Source: Octopus vulgaris (Eukaryota). Taken from it: DNA of 64,000 bases. Where the stretch lies: contig OX597820.1 in assembly GCA_951406725.2 (NCBI GenBank), positions 3,844,001 through 3,908,000 on the forward strand, read 5' to 3'. Of the stretch, positions 1-14,799 are shown in pieces. Both the position numbers and the translations under genes were made by a program. Each line of letters begins with the position of its first letter. The first letter of the stretch is position 1. Under the pieces are notes generated by a model, which did not search any database, was not told the origin of the DNA, and was given only the letters and a program-made list of their open reading frames with translations.

Positions 1-434
1 GTTCTCTTTTCTCTTCCTTGTATTTGATCTTTTATGTATTGTTTCTCTCCATTGTTCTCACCCTCATCCTCTTCCAATATCACACACTCCATATCTTTAG
101 CAATTTCTATGATATCGGTGCCGCTTTAAAGCTTTGTTCAAAGATTGGCAGCTGGGTGAACAGGGTGGGCAGATTACCCTACCCCCCACTTTTTTTTTTA
201 AATGAAACATGTCAAGTCTCTCATAACAACTTGTCTCTTTCTTGGGGAAGCTGGTTGTCGTTTTTGTCATTTCCTGGGGACAGACACTCATATTTTATAT
301 ATTTTGTTCGTGTGCCTGTGTATAATTATTTTTAATTACATTTCACAATAGTTCAGAAATATTCTTAATAAAGCCGCTATTATAGGAGATATCATTTGAG
401 ACCCTGAATGTTGTTTTAAACTCTATACTGCGTA

Positions 435-454
435 TTATAATAATAATAATGATA

Positions 455-524
<70 letters not shown>

Positions 525-553
525 TAATAATGATAATGATAATAATAATAATA

Positions 554-594
<41 letters not shown>

Positions 595-677
595 TAATAA
601 TAATGATAATAATAATAATAATAATGATAATAATAATAATAATAATGATAATAATGATAATAATAATAATAATAATA

Positions 678-712
<35 letters not shown>

Positions 713-795
713 TAATAATAATGATAATAATAATGATAATAATGATAATAATAATAATAATAATGATAATAATGATAATGATAATAATAATAATA

Positions 796-845
<50 letters not shown>

Positions 846-937
846 TAATAATAATGATAATAATAATAATAATAATGATAATAATGATAATAATAATAAT
901 AATAATGATAATAATGATAATGATAATAATAATAATA

Positions 938-975
<38 letters not shown>

Positions 976-1047
976 TAATAATAATGATAATAATAATAAT
1001 AATAATGATAATAATGATAATAATAATAATAATAATAATGATAATAG
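435..1047. repeat. (AAT/GAT)n microsatellite with higher-order periodicity
   Basis: Read directly. It accounts for the poly-I/N/L/Y ORFs in the track. Confidence 0.98.
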
Positions 1048-1246
1048 TAGAGCCTCAAGAGTGAGTGTACTTATTGTGCACTTGGGACCATCTCAAAGAG
1101 AGCAATATTCTAGCATCAAAAACTGCAAATACCAAATTTCTTAGGAAGTATTCACTTGGAACAGCCCCTGCGTTAAGAAAAGTGTTGTGCCTCTAAGCTG
1201 TGGGATGGAGCTGAGATGTGACATAGATAAATCAGGAAAAATTAAG

Positions 1247-1260
<14 letters not shown>
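1048..1260 (+). mobile_element. 3' remnant of an R4/Dong-like (RLE) non-LTR retrotransposon embedded in (AAT)n
   Basis: Degenerate ..GALGTISK...LGTA..LRKVL C-terminal motif, flanked on both sides by AAT repeats. Dong elements are known to target TAA repeats. Confidence 0.55.
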
Positions 1261-1287
<27 letters not shown>

Positions 1288-2113
1288 CATATTTTAATAG
1301 CCTACCAATGTATACATAGAGTTTCATTGTCCTAGGTGTCAGGAAGACACTCGGCAAGAAATGGAAATAAAATTGAAAGAAAAGGATAATGATAATAATA
1401 ATAATAATAATAATAATAATTAGAAAGCGTAATACTATAAAACTTAGAAGCTAAAGAAGTCGTTGCATAAATATCTTCAGTATCATATCACCTGTGTCAG
1501 GTGCGTTAGTATCTTCCAGGTAGTTTTACAATTAAGTTTAGTCATTCAATCCCGTTTGGTGACGATGCTCTAACGTTGGGTCTTTTGGCTGTAGTCTTAC
1601 AATATCCACATAGTTTATTAATTAATCAATCAATTTGTCCAGTGTATATTGATTTCATAGAAACGAATGTTTTTGCTTTTGATGCAGTTTCAAACTTTTC
1701 ACCTACGTTTTAAACTGTCCCATGCTTTTTTTATGATGATTTGATAAATATCTCAGCCAGGTATGCTAATCAGGTCTTCTAGACATGGTTTTTACTCCTG
1801 CTCCTACCTTTTCCTCTTCTGAAGAAATGCATAAAGTATTTGGCCAATAACGTAGACATTGCTGAAGGAATAGAATGTAGAAGGGTGGTGGATGGGTGGG
1901 TGGGTGTGGCTATAGTGCTGTGAAGAAAACGGCTCTACACCAATATGGCCAACGCTAAACAATTCCAAGCAAGACAATAACAGTAAAGAGAAGCAATCAA
2001 TAATATCAATATTATCAAAAAAAAAAAATGATTTAGCTACAGACAAAACTGTTGGAAAGGAAAGAAAATTTGGACATGTTGACAATGAGAGGGATTGAGA
2101 AAGTGTGTGTGCA

Positions 2114-2156
<43 letters not shown>

Positions 2157-2444
2157 TAGAGGATTGACCACTGAAAGTGGACAGCTTCTATGCTAGATAT
2201 AGACGTCAAATATATATATATATATATAAAATTTAGAGGATTGACCACTAAAAGTGGACAGCCTGTAATGCTAGATATAGACGTCAAATATATAGACTAG
2301 CATACAGGCTGTCCACTTTTAGTGGTCAATCCTCTAAATTTTGTATGTAAAAGAAATTTTTAATCTTTAGATTTTTTAAATATGCTAGGCCACTGGTTTT
2401 AATTGATTAATATCAATTTCTACCCTTATTTAATTTTATATATG

Positions 2445-2491
<47 letters not shown>

Positions 2492-2852
2492 ATGTATGCA
2501 TGTATATATACAGAGAGAGAGAGAGAGAGAAAGAAAATACTGACTAAAACATCCCTATCGTAACCTGTAAAGAATTGGTCAAGAAGAAAATGATGCCCTC
2601 TGGCAGATAGCATAGGGCATTGGTGACAGTGTGGAGGTGAGAGGGACGGGGAAAGTAGATGTATATAAATATGGAGAAAAACTACCCACCAAATCATCTG
2701 CACCAAAACTTGTAAAGAATTCTTTAACAAATGACTTGTAACAGATAGTATAGGGCATCAATGACCAAATCAAAAAAAAACAAAAAAAACATGTGGTACC
2801 AATAGACTTTGGTACTTTGTTGTATAAATTCCTGTAGGGCAATCGCTGTTAA

Positions 2853-3075
2853 CCCTTTAGCATTCAGGTGACCCTGTGACGGAGTGCAATGCTTATTTCT
2901 TCATGTTGTTTTAAATTAATCATGCATTCTCTTGTTACTTCAAGATTTTGGTGATGTGACTGTTTAGTTTGTGAATGACATTGTCGGGTAGGTGTGACAT
3001 GCTAGATCTGGCCAGTTTGAACATAAAACAGAAAGAATATTTGGGCCGGATATGGCTCTCTTAAATGCTAACGAG
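2853..3075. mobile_element. piggyBac-like MITE; related copy at 46523-46743
   Basis: TTAA-CCCTTTAGCATT ... AATGCTAACGAG-TTAC ends. The body is homologous to the 46.5-kb copy, which has perfect TTAA CCC...GGG TTAA ends. Confidence 0.7.
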
Positions 3076-5369
3076 TTACACGTGTAATTATAACTGTATA
3101 TATGTATTTTAAAAGATTAACGTGATTTTAATGCAGTGTAATTTGTCTTACTTTTAACGTAATATTGCCTTCTGAATCATTGTAGCAATTATTAAGAACA
3201 AAAACAAAATAAGTTTAATAAATAATTTGATGACTAGAATTTACTTATTTCCTATTTATTAATTAGTATTGATATTGTTATGTGGAAGTTGTTAAAGATT
3301 ATTTTAATTTCCTGGAAAATTCTTCTCAGTTTGTGTAAAGAAATAAAAACAAGTTTATTAATGTTATTATTTTTATTAAACCAGATCAGCTCAGCAAGGT
3401 ACCACGTACCACATTCTTCCAATGTATTGAATGTGTCACAAGTTCCACCTCCTCCTGGACTTGAAACCAGCTGGTTGTTCCTTATAAAGTCTTTTTGTTT
3501 GGGAACAGTTTAGACTCAAATATTAAGTTACTCCCCTCAATACGAGTAGTCGTTTAGTTGGGCAGCCCCAAATTAAATGAATTCTTCTTATTAATTAATT
3601 TCATTTATAAAGTAGGATTTAAATAATATAAACTGTTTGCCAATATGGAACAAGACAAATGGGCATTGTTGTTTGGAAGTTGATGATTTGGCACGGCTGA
3701 CTTGACTTTGAAACTGTTTTGGCAACAGTACCTCTTGGCACTGTAGGCAAACACACACACACACACACACACGCACACACACATACGCACGTGCATGCAT
3801 GCACAAAAACACACGCATACAGACAGAAGGAGTGAAAGAGAGAAACACATTAGAATTTATTAATCAAACACAATTGACGTAACCACTTTCCCTTTTTGTG
3901 CACACACATGAAGAAATATGCTCTTTCTCTTTCTCTTCCCCCTCTCTCTTTCCTCCCCCCCTCTCTCTCTCAGTTGCCTCACACATATACCCATACAGAC
4001 AGATACACAGTGAGAAAAACGTTGAAATGTCTGATGTCAAGCGAGTCAATATCAAATCAGCGATGCCAGTCGGGCAGCGCCAGAACAGCTGTGCCAAAAC
4101 GTCTCCTCCTCTTTAACCAACAAGCGTTAATCTCCATGCTTTTACACCAACTTAACCATTCAGACGTTCAATATTTCAGTTCCATAAATCCCTATTTTCT
4201 ACTTGGAACTTCTTTTACAATCTCCTGACAATACAATATTTTAAAGTCTCTCATGGCAAAGATTGTGATTCTCTATCAACAAATTCTTGGTGAATAATTG
4301 TTTCAATTTTGGAAACTAGTAATTTCTTTTGAAAACCTGTTGCCAGATACTTTAGCAGCAACATAATAAAACATTTAAAACTTTAAAAATATGCAGATTT
4401 TATTTTGTAAAATTATATGAATTTAAGTTTTTTTTCTAGTATTCATTGAAAGATTTGGCTCACATTTTAAACGATCATAATCATTTTGAAAAAAGGAATA
4501 TCTTATTAGAAATGTTGATGTTATGTTGACCACAGTGTTTGCAAATATATCGATAGGTTTCAAATCCCATTCGACCCAACCACTCTGTTAACACTGTGAT
4601 AGGATTTGTTTGCCTTGAGAGCAGCAGCTGGCTCTCCAAGTGGCCCACAGCTATCAATTCTGTGCTGCAGCATCTGTAGCCAGCCTGTTTGACAGTCAGC
4701 CAAGATATGAGTACCATATGCAGGTACGGTTATTACTGTAAACAGCAACAACATTGCAGAATTGATTTCTGACATTATGACAAGGTCGAGAACTACTTTG
4801 GCCAAGCATATAACCATTTAGATTCTATTTCAGGGCTGTTATCTATTTCCTTGTCCCCAGAAGGATGAAAAGTCAATTTGACTCTGGTAAGATCTGAACT
4901 GAAAGGCCACAATACACAGCACGATAGCATGCTGTACTGTTTTCTGCTAATCCTCTACAGCACTGCTTAAGGAATGGTTTGTTTTATTAAAGCTAATCTC
5001 AAATCTTCCCTTGAGTGCTGTTTATGGAGAGATGGAATATAATGACTTGCCATAGATATGCCCTAAATGGAAACGGTCTGCATGAGTGCCTCTTCATTAA
5101 ACTCCATGAATTAAGGGTGGGGCATCTACCCACAAGTTTACTTTCACAATGAATATTGTCAACTACTTAGCATTTTTAGAAAAAGTGTTGCTCTTTGACC
5201 CCTGTTCAAATCTGATCAAACAGCCCTATGACTAAATATATTCCAGCCATGACCATCCCAGTTTATTTGCCAGCCTAGTTCATCTTGGACTACATCAGCC
5301 AATGTGTCCTTCTTTCTTTTAAAACAGTAGGTTTTGATTTATAAGAGATTTGTCTGGTTGAACAGGCTC

Positions 5370-5666
<297 letters not shown>

Positions 5667-8600
5667 AAACTGCTCAAGACTGACTCAACACACACACACA
5701 TACATACATTCCTAAAATAATTCGGGCCATGACAACCCGTCCAAGCCATACCAGCATAAAAGGTGGATGTTACATAATGATGATGATGATGATGATGACT
5801 TTATATATATACATATATATATATAATATATAATATATATGGTTTTCTTAGGCCCCTCCAGTGGTCAGTTACTCTGTTGATTCTAAATGTCTAAAAATAG
5901 GGGTTTGTGAACATAAACAGAAGAGTGTTTCTTTATCATCATCCTCTGTGTGTGTGTGTGTGTAGTGTTTTTTTTTAGCTATAAGGCTAAATAGGTGACT
6001 CAAGAGCCTGGTGTTTTGTTCTTTGCAATTATCAAAGTGTGTGTGTGTGCATTTTTAAGATTATACTTAATGTATAATCAATAAAAAAATATATCTTGAA
6101 AATTTGAAAATAGCTCAACCTGACAAGAAACAAAATGAAAAATGATGACAATTTGACGTCTGCTGTTTTGCAAAAGTCATATTCAAAGCATGACAGTATG
6201 GTGGACGGGAGGGGGGGGAGTTGAAAATGTTAAAACGATGATGATAATGTTGATGTTGATGATGATGATGGTGATGGTAGTGGTGATGATGATGATGATG
6301 ATGATGTATGTATGCATGTATATCTATTTATGTATTGCCTGTAGAATACTCAAAGTGAATTGCAAAGGGTTGAGTTGAGAAGGGAGCAAATGAAGGCTCT
6401 GCGATGTGGACACAGTTGTATTGTTTGTTGTTGTTGTTGTTGCAAAGTTCCAGTTCAACTTCTTGCATGGAGAGATATATGCAATCAACTTTCCAGTGTC
6501 CCCTGCATATACAAAAGACGAAAGTCCCTCGAGGTGCCCCTACAATCCAATCTCCACATGCGTGTGTGTAATTCAATGCCCGGCCTAGTCACACAATATT
6601 GTGCCATACTGATTTTGTCTCAAGACTGCATTAAGGGTCCAACTATCTGTGGAATACCCAGCCACTTGGCCCGTAATTCCATAAGTAGAAAGTTCTGTTG
6701 ATGAGTAACTGGAGCAGTCATCGTAAGACTCGCCAAAATAATCATAGAAAAATTAAAATGGCTTAAAAAAATACCATACAAGTTATTTTGAATCCTATTT
6801 TTTAATTTGTCAGTTCACATCTATTTAATATATCGTTGCATCTGGTGGGAGACATACTAGTCATGAATAATATCATTCTAATATTAATGTGCCAATGTGA
6901 GATATCAATGTGTGTTGTGTGTTCAAATATGAATGACCGTGGTTTGGCTTTATGGATTTAGCTGGATCAAATAACAATGGTATGAAAGCAATCATCAACT
7001 ATATCGCTATTATCGTCTTCATTATCATTATTATTATTATTATTATTAATATGAATCTCGACATGGTGACAAGCTGGCAGGCTCATTAGCATGCCAGGCA
7101 AAATACTTAATGACATTTCGTCTGTCTTTACATTCTGAGTTCAAATTCCGCTGGGGTCGACTTTGCCTTTCATCCTTTTAGGGTCGATAAAATAAAGTAC
7201 CAGTTGAGCGCTGGGGTCGATGTAATTGATTTACCCCTCCTCCTTCAAAATTGCTGGCTTTGTGCCAAAATCTGAAACCAATTTTAATCTCTACAATAAT
7301 TCTATTTCAGTCTTCATCTTCATCATCCTCTTCATTTGTGCATCATCAATTACTGAGTCACTCCAGTCTTTTTCTCCTCCTCCTCCTCCTCAACACCTTA
7401 TTTTTATATTCTTACTCATTTATTCCTATTTTATATTGCATTTTTGTGAACAATAGCCTTGTTGGTTGCAGGTTTCCAATAAGCTGATTGTAAGTCCATT
7501 GCATCTACAATGGTGAGAACATCTTAGCAGAATCTGTGCAAATAATATGACCAATGTGTTTTTTGTTTTTTTTTGTTTAAAAGCGTTGGTTTCTCACTTT
7601 TCGTGCAGATGCTCATATTCTTAACTCATGTCCATTGGCAAAAAGATATAAATATATTTGAACTCACATCACAGGGTTTCAAATAGCTTCTGCTGAGCAT
7701 TTTTTATTCAAAAGAAGCTAAGGTGGAAGACACCGTGTTGAAGGTGCAGAGTGTTGAAATTGAACACTAAACCACACAGTTGCAAAGTGAACTTATAACC
7801 ACACAGCTATGCCTTACTGCTTGTTTTGGTGACATTTAGCTCTATTCATGTGTATCGTTTGTTCATGCCTCACTTGCAAATGTCTTTTGTGGTTGTACCA
7901 TTTCCTCAGATCCTTTTACAATCTGCTTCTGTCTTTCAGCAGGACTTAGATGTAAGCAATGGTAAATGTTGTCTGGGACACTTTGCATTGGAACCTGTTT
8001 GTCTGAAGAATTAGTGACATTTCAAAATAATATTTAACTTTAATATACATCAACTATCAAGCTTATTATGATGTGTTTATACCAAGCTACCAGGAACCAG
8101 TTCACATCCAAACTAGACATTCTGTCTAGGGAATTAATTGCTGTTGTTAATATATTGGCGGATATTGTAAGGTCATAGCAAATTATTCGAGGCACGGCTT
8201 TGAATTTTTCAATTGGAATGGAAGAAGTTCTTCATATATTTCACATTATAAATGCCTTTGTCTAAGCATGAATGCTCCTACTTCCCATTTGCCTCTTCTA
8301 TTAAATAGCTTTATACCTTCATAAACAACATTTATTTTATATTAACAATAGATAACTTGTCCTACACCTGGATAAAATTTTTTTAATAATAATAATAATA
8401 ATGTTTGATTTTATAAAAACCTTATGCAAAGTTAGGTTTTCAAAAATATTATTATTTACTATATTTCTGTGTTTAAATTTTTTTTTTTATTCTATGCATT
8501 TAATTTTGTTTATGAATGTCTACACTTGATTGTTTAATATTTCTGAATTGAAAATAAATCTTATAAGAAGTTTATATTATATTATCTGTTTTTATCAAAA

Positions 8601-9358
8601 TAACAATATCTTTATTGTTTTTTACCTTCTGTCTTTCAAAGACCTCTTCCATTGAATAAGGTGCTAAACTTCTGGGTTGAAGACCTCTGAACCCATCCAA
8701 AATGTTTAGCATAAAATTGTGCAAGACGCATCGCTGTACTTGCCAGACACACACACACAAAAAAAACAACAAAAAAACAAAAAACAAAAAAAAAATAATA
8801 ATTCTATTAACACTAGGTACCTCTTCCATTTCACATTTCACTAAACTGGCTTTTAGTAAGGCAGCCAACAATTCCTGCAAATGTATGAATTTGCCTAACC
8901 ATCCAACCCATTGTAATATGGAAAATGGTTGTAAGATATCAAAAGAACTTGTTATTGTTGTGGTGTTGAGCATTAGTGACAATCTATAAATCTTTGGATA
9001 TTCTAATGTGTTTGCTGGTTAATGGCTTACCTATGAAGTACGTGGAGTAGTTTACAGGACAATGTTATGAATCTATTTTCAGTCTATTCACCGGTTCTAT
9101 TTTTCTGCTTTCCTCTTTACCCAACTACAAGGAACCAAAGGTTGCTGTTCAACTCGTTCCTGCGACAGTCATCTCGGGTTTCTCTCCCCCCACCACCACC
9201 AACACACCATTATATTTTTGTTGAAAATGCTGTATTCAGTTGGATAAATTATTTACTAAACATACATGAAACAACTGTCTGCTAGAATGGATATGTCCAT
9301 GCATGTGTGTGTAGGAAGATCTCTGTATATATAAGCATGGATGTATATATATATACAT

Positions 9359-9391
<33 letters not shown>

Positions 9392-9419
9392 CATACATAC
9401 ATAAATATATATGTATATA

Positions 9420-9469
<50 letters not shown>

Positions 9470-10004
9470 GTATGTATGTATATATATACACACACACATA
9501 TGCATGCTTTTATGTGTGTGTGTGTATACATACATATATACATATATATACATGTATATATGTGTATATGTATGTATTTGTGTGTGCGTGTAGGCGCAGG
9601 GCTGGCTGTGTGGTCCAGTGTGCACCACATGGTTTCAGGTTCTGTCCTAGTGCACGGCACCTTGGGTATATATCCTCTACAATAGCCCTGAGCTGACCAA
9701 TGCCTTATGAGTGAATTCAGTGGACAGAAACTGTGTAGAAGCCTCTTATATATGTGTGTGTGTGTGTGTGTGTTTTGTATGTCTTGGTGCTTGTTTCTCT
9801 CACTGCCTGACAACTGGTGTTACTTTGTTTACATCACTAGCACTTAACAGTTCAGCAAACGAGAGTGATTAAATGAGTATCAGGTTTAAAAATAGGTCCT
9901 GGGGCTGATTTCTGTGAATAAACCACTTGATTGGGTGCTCCAGCATGGCAACAGTCCTGTTACTGAATCAAGTAAAAGAACACACACACATACATATATG
10001 TGTG

Positions 10005-10061
<57 letters not shown>

Positions 10062-10394
10062 GTGTATGTGTGTATGCCCCACTTTGCAAAGGCATTGTGA
10101 TCCTGAAAATCTTGCCACGCTTTGAAATTTTGTAACTTAAAATATGTTTTCCTTTGACTTCTGTTTCATGGAAATCAAAAGAAAAAAATTTCGTTTGCTG
10201 TTACAAAACTCCTCATAACTCTTCATTACTGTAAGATTTTCATGACTGGGATGTCTATAAATATATTTGTGTGTGTGTGTGTGTGTACTTGCACACATAC
10301 AGATATACATGCATATATGTATGTGTGCACATGTATATGTGCATTTTATATGTGTGTATATATATGTATATATATATATATGTATGTATGTATG

Positions 10395-10441
<47 letters not shown>

Positions 10442-10503
10442 ATGTGCATTTTATATGCACATAATTTTATATACATTATAAGATGTATGTGCATATTTAT
10501 ATA

Positions 10504-10645
<142 letters not shown>

Positions 10646-11226
10646 ACATATATATATACATATATATATATATATACACATATATGTATTTGCACATACA
10701 TATATACATATATATATAACACATATATGTATTTGCACATACATATATACATGCATATGTGTATCTGAGTATATGTGTGTATACATATGTTTGTATGTGT
10801 ATACAGGCATACATACATATATATATTCATGTGTGCATATATGCATATGCACATTTTATGTGTGTGTGTATATACATATATGTATATGCATATAGACACA
10901 GACATGCATGTGTGTGTGTATATGTATATGAATATACATATACACATGCATGTGTGTGTGTGTGTGTACATATATATATATGTTTGTATGTGTATAGTTG
11001 CACACATACAGATATACATGAATATATGTATGTGTGCACATATGTAAGTGCATTTTATATGCGTGTATATATATATATATACACATATATATGTATTTGC
11101 ACATACATATACACATGCCTATGTGTGTGTGAGTGTGTATCTATGTATATATATGTGTCTGTGTGTGTGTTTGTATATATAAGTTTGTATGCCTATATAT
11201 ATGTATCTCAGATTATATGTAATTCT

Positions 11227-11265
<39 letters not shown>

Positions 11266-11722
11266 AATAATCTTCAAACATGACATCAGAACTAATCAGA
11301 TTAAATGTTAAATTCAAAACCCAAAAAATATTTTCTGAACTATATTCCTCAGAGTATTACAATTCCAACACATAATTAATAGTTCCAAGACTGAGAGCTT
11401 TTAAAGAATCCATTATAGTTTTTATCTAATTTGTTGAACCAAAAAAACCCTCGAGGAATAAACGTACGAACATGAGGAAGATGAAATGACAATATACATA
11501 AAAGTGTGTATTATTAAGTGTTTTGCATGTAGCAGATGTTTTCAAGTGAAATAAAGCCATCTGCTTGCTTCTTCCTACTTTTGATCTATAATTCAGAGAA
11601 GTGGAACGTTTCGGTTTCTGTAAAATAGCCATTTACATCTTTTTCTAGTTAAGAACTTGAGAACTATTTCAGCATTTTAGAGGAAGTTTACTGAGTTATG
11701 ACTTTCGACCATCATTGTCTAG

Positions 11723-12648
11723 CATTACAGCTATGACTTGTTATGGCTTGCTATGTCATAACATTACTGTTTTGACTTGCTATGTCATAACATTACAGCT
11801 ATGTCATAACATTTCTGCTATGTCATAACATTACAGCTATGTCTTGCTATGTCATAACATTACTGCTATGACTTGCTATGTCATAACATTACTCCTATGT
11901 CATAACATTACAGCTATGTCATAACGTTACTGCTATGACTTGCTATGTCATAACATTACTGCTATGACCTGCTATGTCATAACATTACAGCTATGTCTTG
12001 CTATGTCATAACATTACTGCTATGACTTGCTATGTCATAACATTACTCCTATGTCATAACGTTACTGCTATGACTTGCTCTGTCATAACATTGCTGCTAT
12101 GACCTGCTATGTCATAACATTACTGCTATGACTTGCTATGTCATAACATTACTGCTATGACCTGCTATGTCATAACATTACTGCTATGACTTGCTATGTC
12201 ATAACATTACTGCTATGACTTGCTATGTCATAACATTACTGCTATGACCTGCTATGTCATAACATTACTGCTATGACCTGCTATGTCATAACATTACTGC
12301 TATGTTTTGCTATGTCATAACATTTCTGCTATGTCATAACATTACAGCTATGTCATAACATTTCTGTTAAGTCTTGCTATGTCATAACATTACAGCTATG
12401 TCTTGCTATGTCATAACATTACAGCTATGTCTTGCTATGTCATAACATTACAGCTATGTCATAACATTTCTGCTATGTCTTACTATGTCATAACATTACA
12501 GCTATGTCTTGCAATGTCGTAACATTACCATTATGACTTGCTATGTCATAACATTACTGTTATGGCTTTCTATGTCATAACATTACTGTTATATCTTGCA
12601 ATGTCATAAAACTACTGCTATGTCATAACATTACTGCTATGACCTGCT
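11723..12648. repeat. Modular minisatellite built from 19-nt (ctatgtcataacattactg) and 10-nt (ctatgacttg) modules
   Basis: Dozens of tandem 19- and 29-bp units with no unique spacers. Confidence 0.95.
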
Positions 12649-13173
12649 TTGCACAATGGCATTTCTTAGTAATTCTACTTCTTCTTGTTTCAGTTTTATA
12701 AATCTGCTTCACTCTAAATACATCAAACAGTATGGAAGGTATTTGTTGGTATTTTTGCATACAAAACGATTATTTAGTGAAACATTGAATCCATTTGTTT
12801 TCTTGTTATGAATTAATGAAACAAGTTAATGCTTATTTGTTCACATATTTTTGTCTTATACATTTTATCATGGATGCAGTGTAAAATTTCACTCTCTATT
12901 ATGAAATAAAGGTAATAACTGTTTTAATTGTCCTGTTGTCGATCTTATTAAACAAACGAAATGGAGGTGGCCGTGGCCGGCACACACGGCAGTCTTTGCC
13001 ACACTGGGTTTCTGTTTTGATGTTCTGAGTTGAAATTCTGCTGAGGTGAAGTTTTCCTTTCATCCTTTTCAGGTCAATAAAATAAAGGGTCGTTCAAGCA
13101 CTGGAGCTGATGTAATCAACTAACCGCCCCTCCCCTCAAAATTTCAGGCATTGTGCAAAAAGTAGAAAGAATT

Positions 13174-13440
13174 CAGTTCTATTATTTAAGAGATGAGGAA
13201 TTATGTACATTATTTACATTTGACGGATATTTGTCCTCATCTTGTTTGTTGTTAATACACTTTGGCTGAAAACCCCTCAAGCCTTCATCAGGTGTCTTGG
13301 GGAAGTTTCGAACCTGGGTTCTCATTCCTAAGGTATTTTTCAATGTTGTTGTTATTGTTGTTGTTGTTCAGGTCACTGCCTGGAATCGAACTCGGGATCT
13401 TGGCGTTAGTAGCCTGCGCTGTTAACCACTACACCATATA
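13174..13440 (-). mobile_element. tRNA-headed, hammerhead-bearing SINE-like element (family A)
   Basis: Minus strand reads TGGTGTAGTGG (A box) ... GAGTTCGATTCC (B box), then (AAC)n, then CTGATGA-AGGCT..CAGCC-AAA (GAAA decayed), then a conserved 3' tail. Homologous to copies at 32, 48 and 50 kb. Confidence 0.75.
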
Positions 13441-14461
13441 CTAAGTTGCCATTCTTTAGCCCCAGGTTAGCCCTGGTAAAACAGACACAATAATGGAAGA
13501 TATATTCTGGCCAGGACCATCCCTCCTTTTCTGTGTTAGAGGATCTCATTGTCCAGTGTTCCCTTCATGCTCTAACGAGTTTACTTACCCACCCACACCA
13601 CTTCCTCGAACTTGAGGGTGCACCCTGACAAATCGTCACCACCCTCTTCTCTCCTTATTCCTTAGGGATAAACCATTACTCTCCCTTACAGCAACGCACT
13701 TGTTGCTCTCCTTCTCTCACACTTGAACCTTGCCCCACACCAGGCATAAAACCACTTCCCTGGGTACTGCCCACCCACTTCAGTTGAGGGAGGTTTTGTT
13801 TTGTGAGTTACTGGTTGACCTCACTGGTACCAGTACCACATAGAATGCCCCCAATACACTCTGTAAGGTAGTTAGGGTTAGAAAAGGCACCAAGGCACCA
13901 TGCTGTGAGAACCATTCCAAAGCAAACATAGAATTTGGTGCTCTCCACTGGTTCACCAGCTCCAACCATGCCAACATGGAAAACAGATGTTAGGTGGTGA
14001 TGATGATGAGTTGAGTGGTATTTGAGGGAATTAGGCAGCTATTACTAGCAGTTGGAACCACCGTATAGAATAAGAGACTTTTGCTTTATTGCATTTTTGG
14101 TTATAGGAAAAAATTGCAGCGTGGAAGGTGTTTATAAGCCATTTAAGAAACACACGAAATCTGTTAGATTCGCTTCAACATTTAAATTTAATTTGTCAAA
14201 ATATTTTCGTCGCTTTGAGACCCTCACCTTTTCATTGACAAAATTCCAAATTTTGCCTCAAACATTTTTGCTGGGAGAAAATTTGTCAATAGAGAATTCA
14301 CTGCAAGAAATTTTGCCATTAGACAAATTCACCAAATGGATAATGATAAAGTGTATTATATGAGAGAGAGAGAGAGTTTAACAAAGAGGAAAAAAACCTT
14401 TGAATCAGATTAAGGAGACGCAGCAAAGACGAAGAAAAAGTTTAGTGGTATCAATGCAATA

Positions 14462-14672
14462 AAGGCGGCGAGCTGGCAGAATGGTTAGCACACCGGGCGA
14501 AATGCTTAGCGGTATTTCGTCTGCCGTTACGTCGACTTTGCCTTTCATCCTTTCTGGGTCGATAAATTAAGTACCAGTTACGCACTGGGGTCGATGTAAT
14601 CGACTTAATACTTATGTCTGTCCTTGTTTGTCCCCTCTGTGCTTAGCCCCTTGTGGCCAGTAAAGAAATAGG
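14462..14672 (+). mobile_element. tRNA-derived SINE family 2 (Meta-domain-like core); copies at about 7064-7275, 12965-13170, 53738-53940, 54870-55310 and 63106-63505
   Basis: Head gagctggcagaa..gttagc, with B box gagttcaaattcc in the other copies. Shared core gactttgcctttcatcctttcggggtcgataaattaagtaccag. The Meta-domain assignment is from memory of the motif. Confidence 0.8.
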
Positions 14673-14799
14673 TATTAATGCAATATTTGAAAGACAAATG
14701 CTCTGTTACATTCAGTTTTGATCTTTCGAAAGGTTTACGTTTATGATAGAAAAAAGGTGCCATTGAATATACTTAAAGGTCTACTTTTCTAGCATGTGT

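Noticed and set aside
4481-4817. Overlapping minus-strand ORFs as exons
   Set aside because: No recognisable motif and no convincing splice-site pair.
8820-8983. Minus-strand exon LSLMLN...QWVGWLGK...EE and an in-frame hydrophobic retained intron
   Set aside because: Its core (ccatccaacccat...atggaaaatgg) is a degenerate RTE tail, and the hydrophobic stretch is just a T-rich/(TG)n tract.
11598-11625. CGAAACGTT on the minus strand as another hammerhead
   Set aside because: I found no CUGANGA core or stem II upstream.
11723-12648. CRISPR-like array (29-bp palindromic repeat)
   Set aside because: There are no unique spacers and no cas genes, and the context is eukaryotic; it is a minisatellite.
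13370-13440. Functional tRNA genes here and at other SINE heads
   Set aside because: A/B boxes are present but there is no proper acceptor stem, and each head is attached to a repeated body.
14188-14244. Hammerhead-shaped layout on the minus strand (TTTGTC...GCGAC-GAAAATATTTT-GACAAA)
   Set aside because: The catalytic CUGANGA is absent and stem II is poor in this single copy; it cannot be supported without a consensus.
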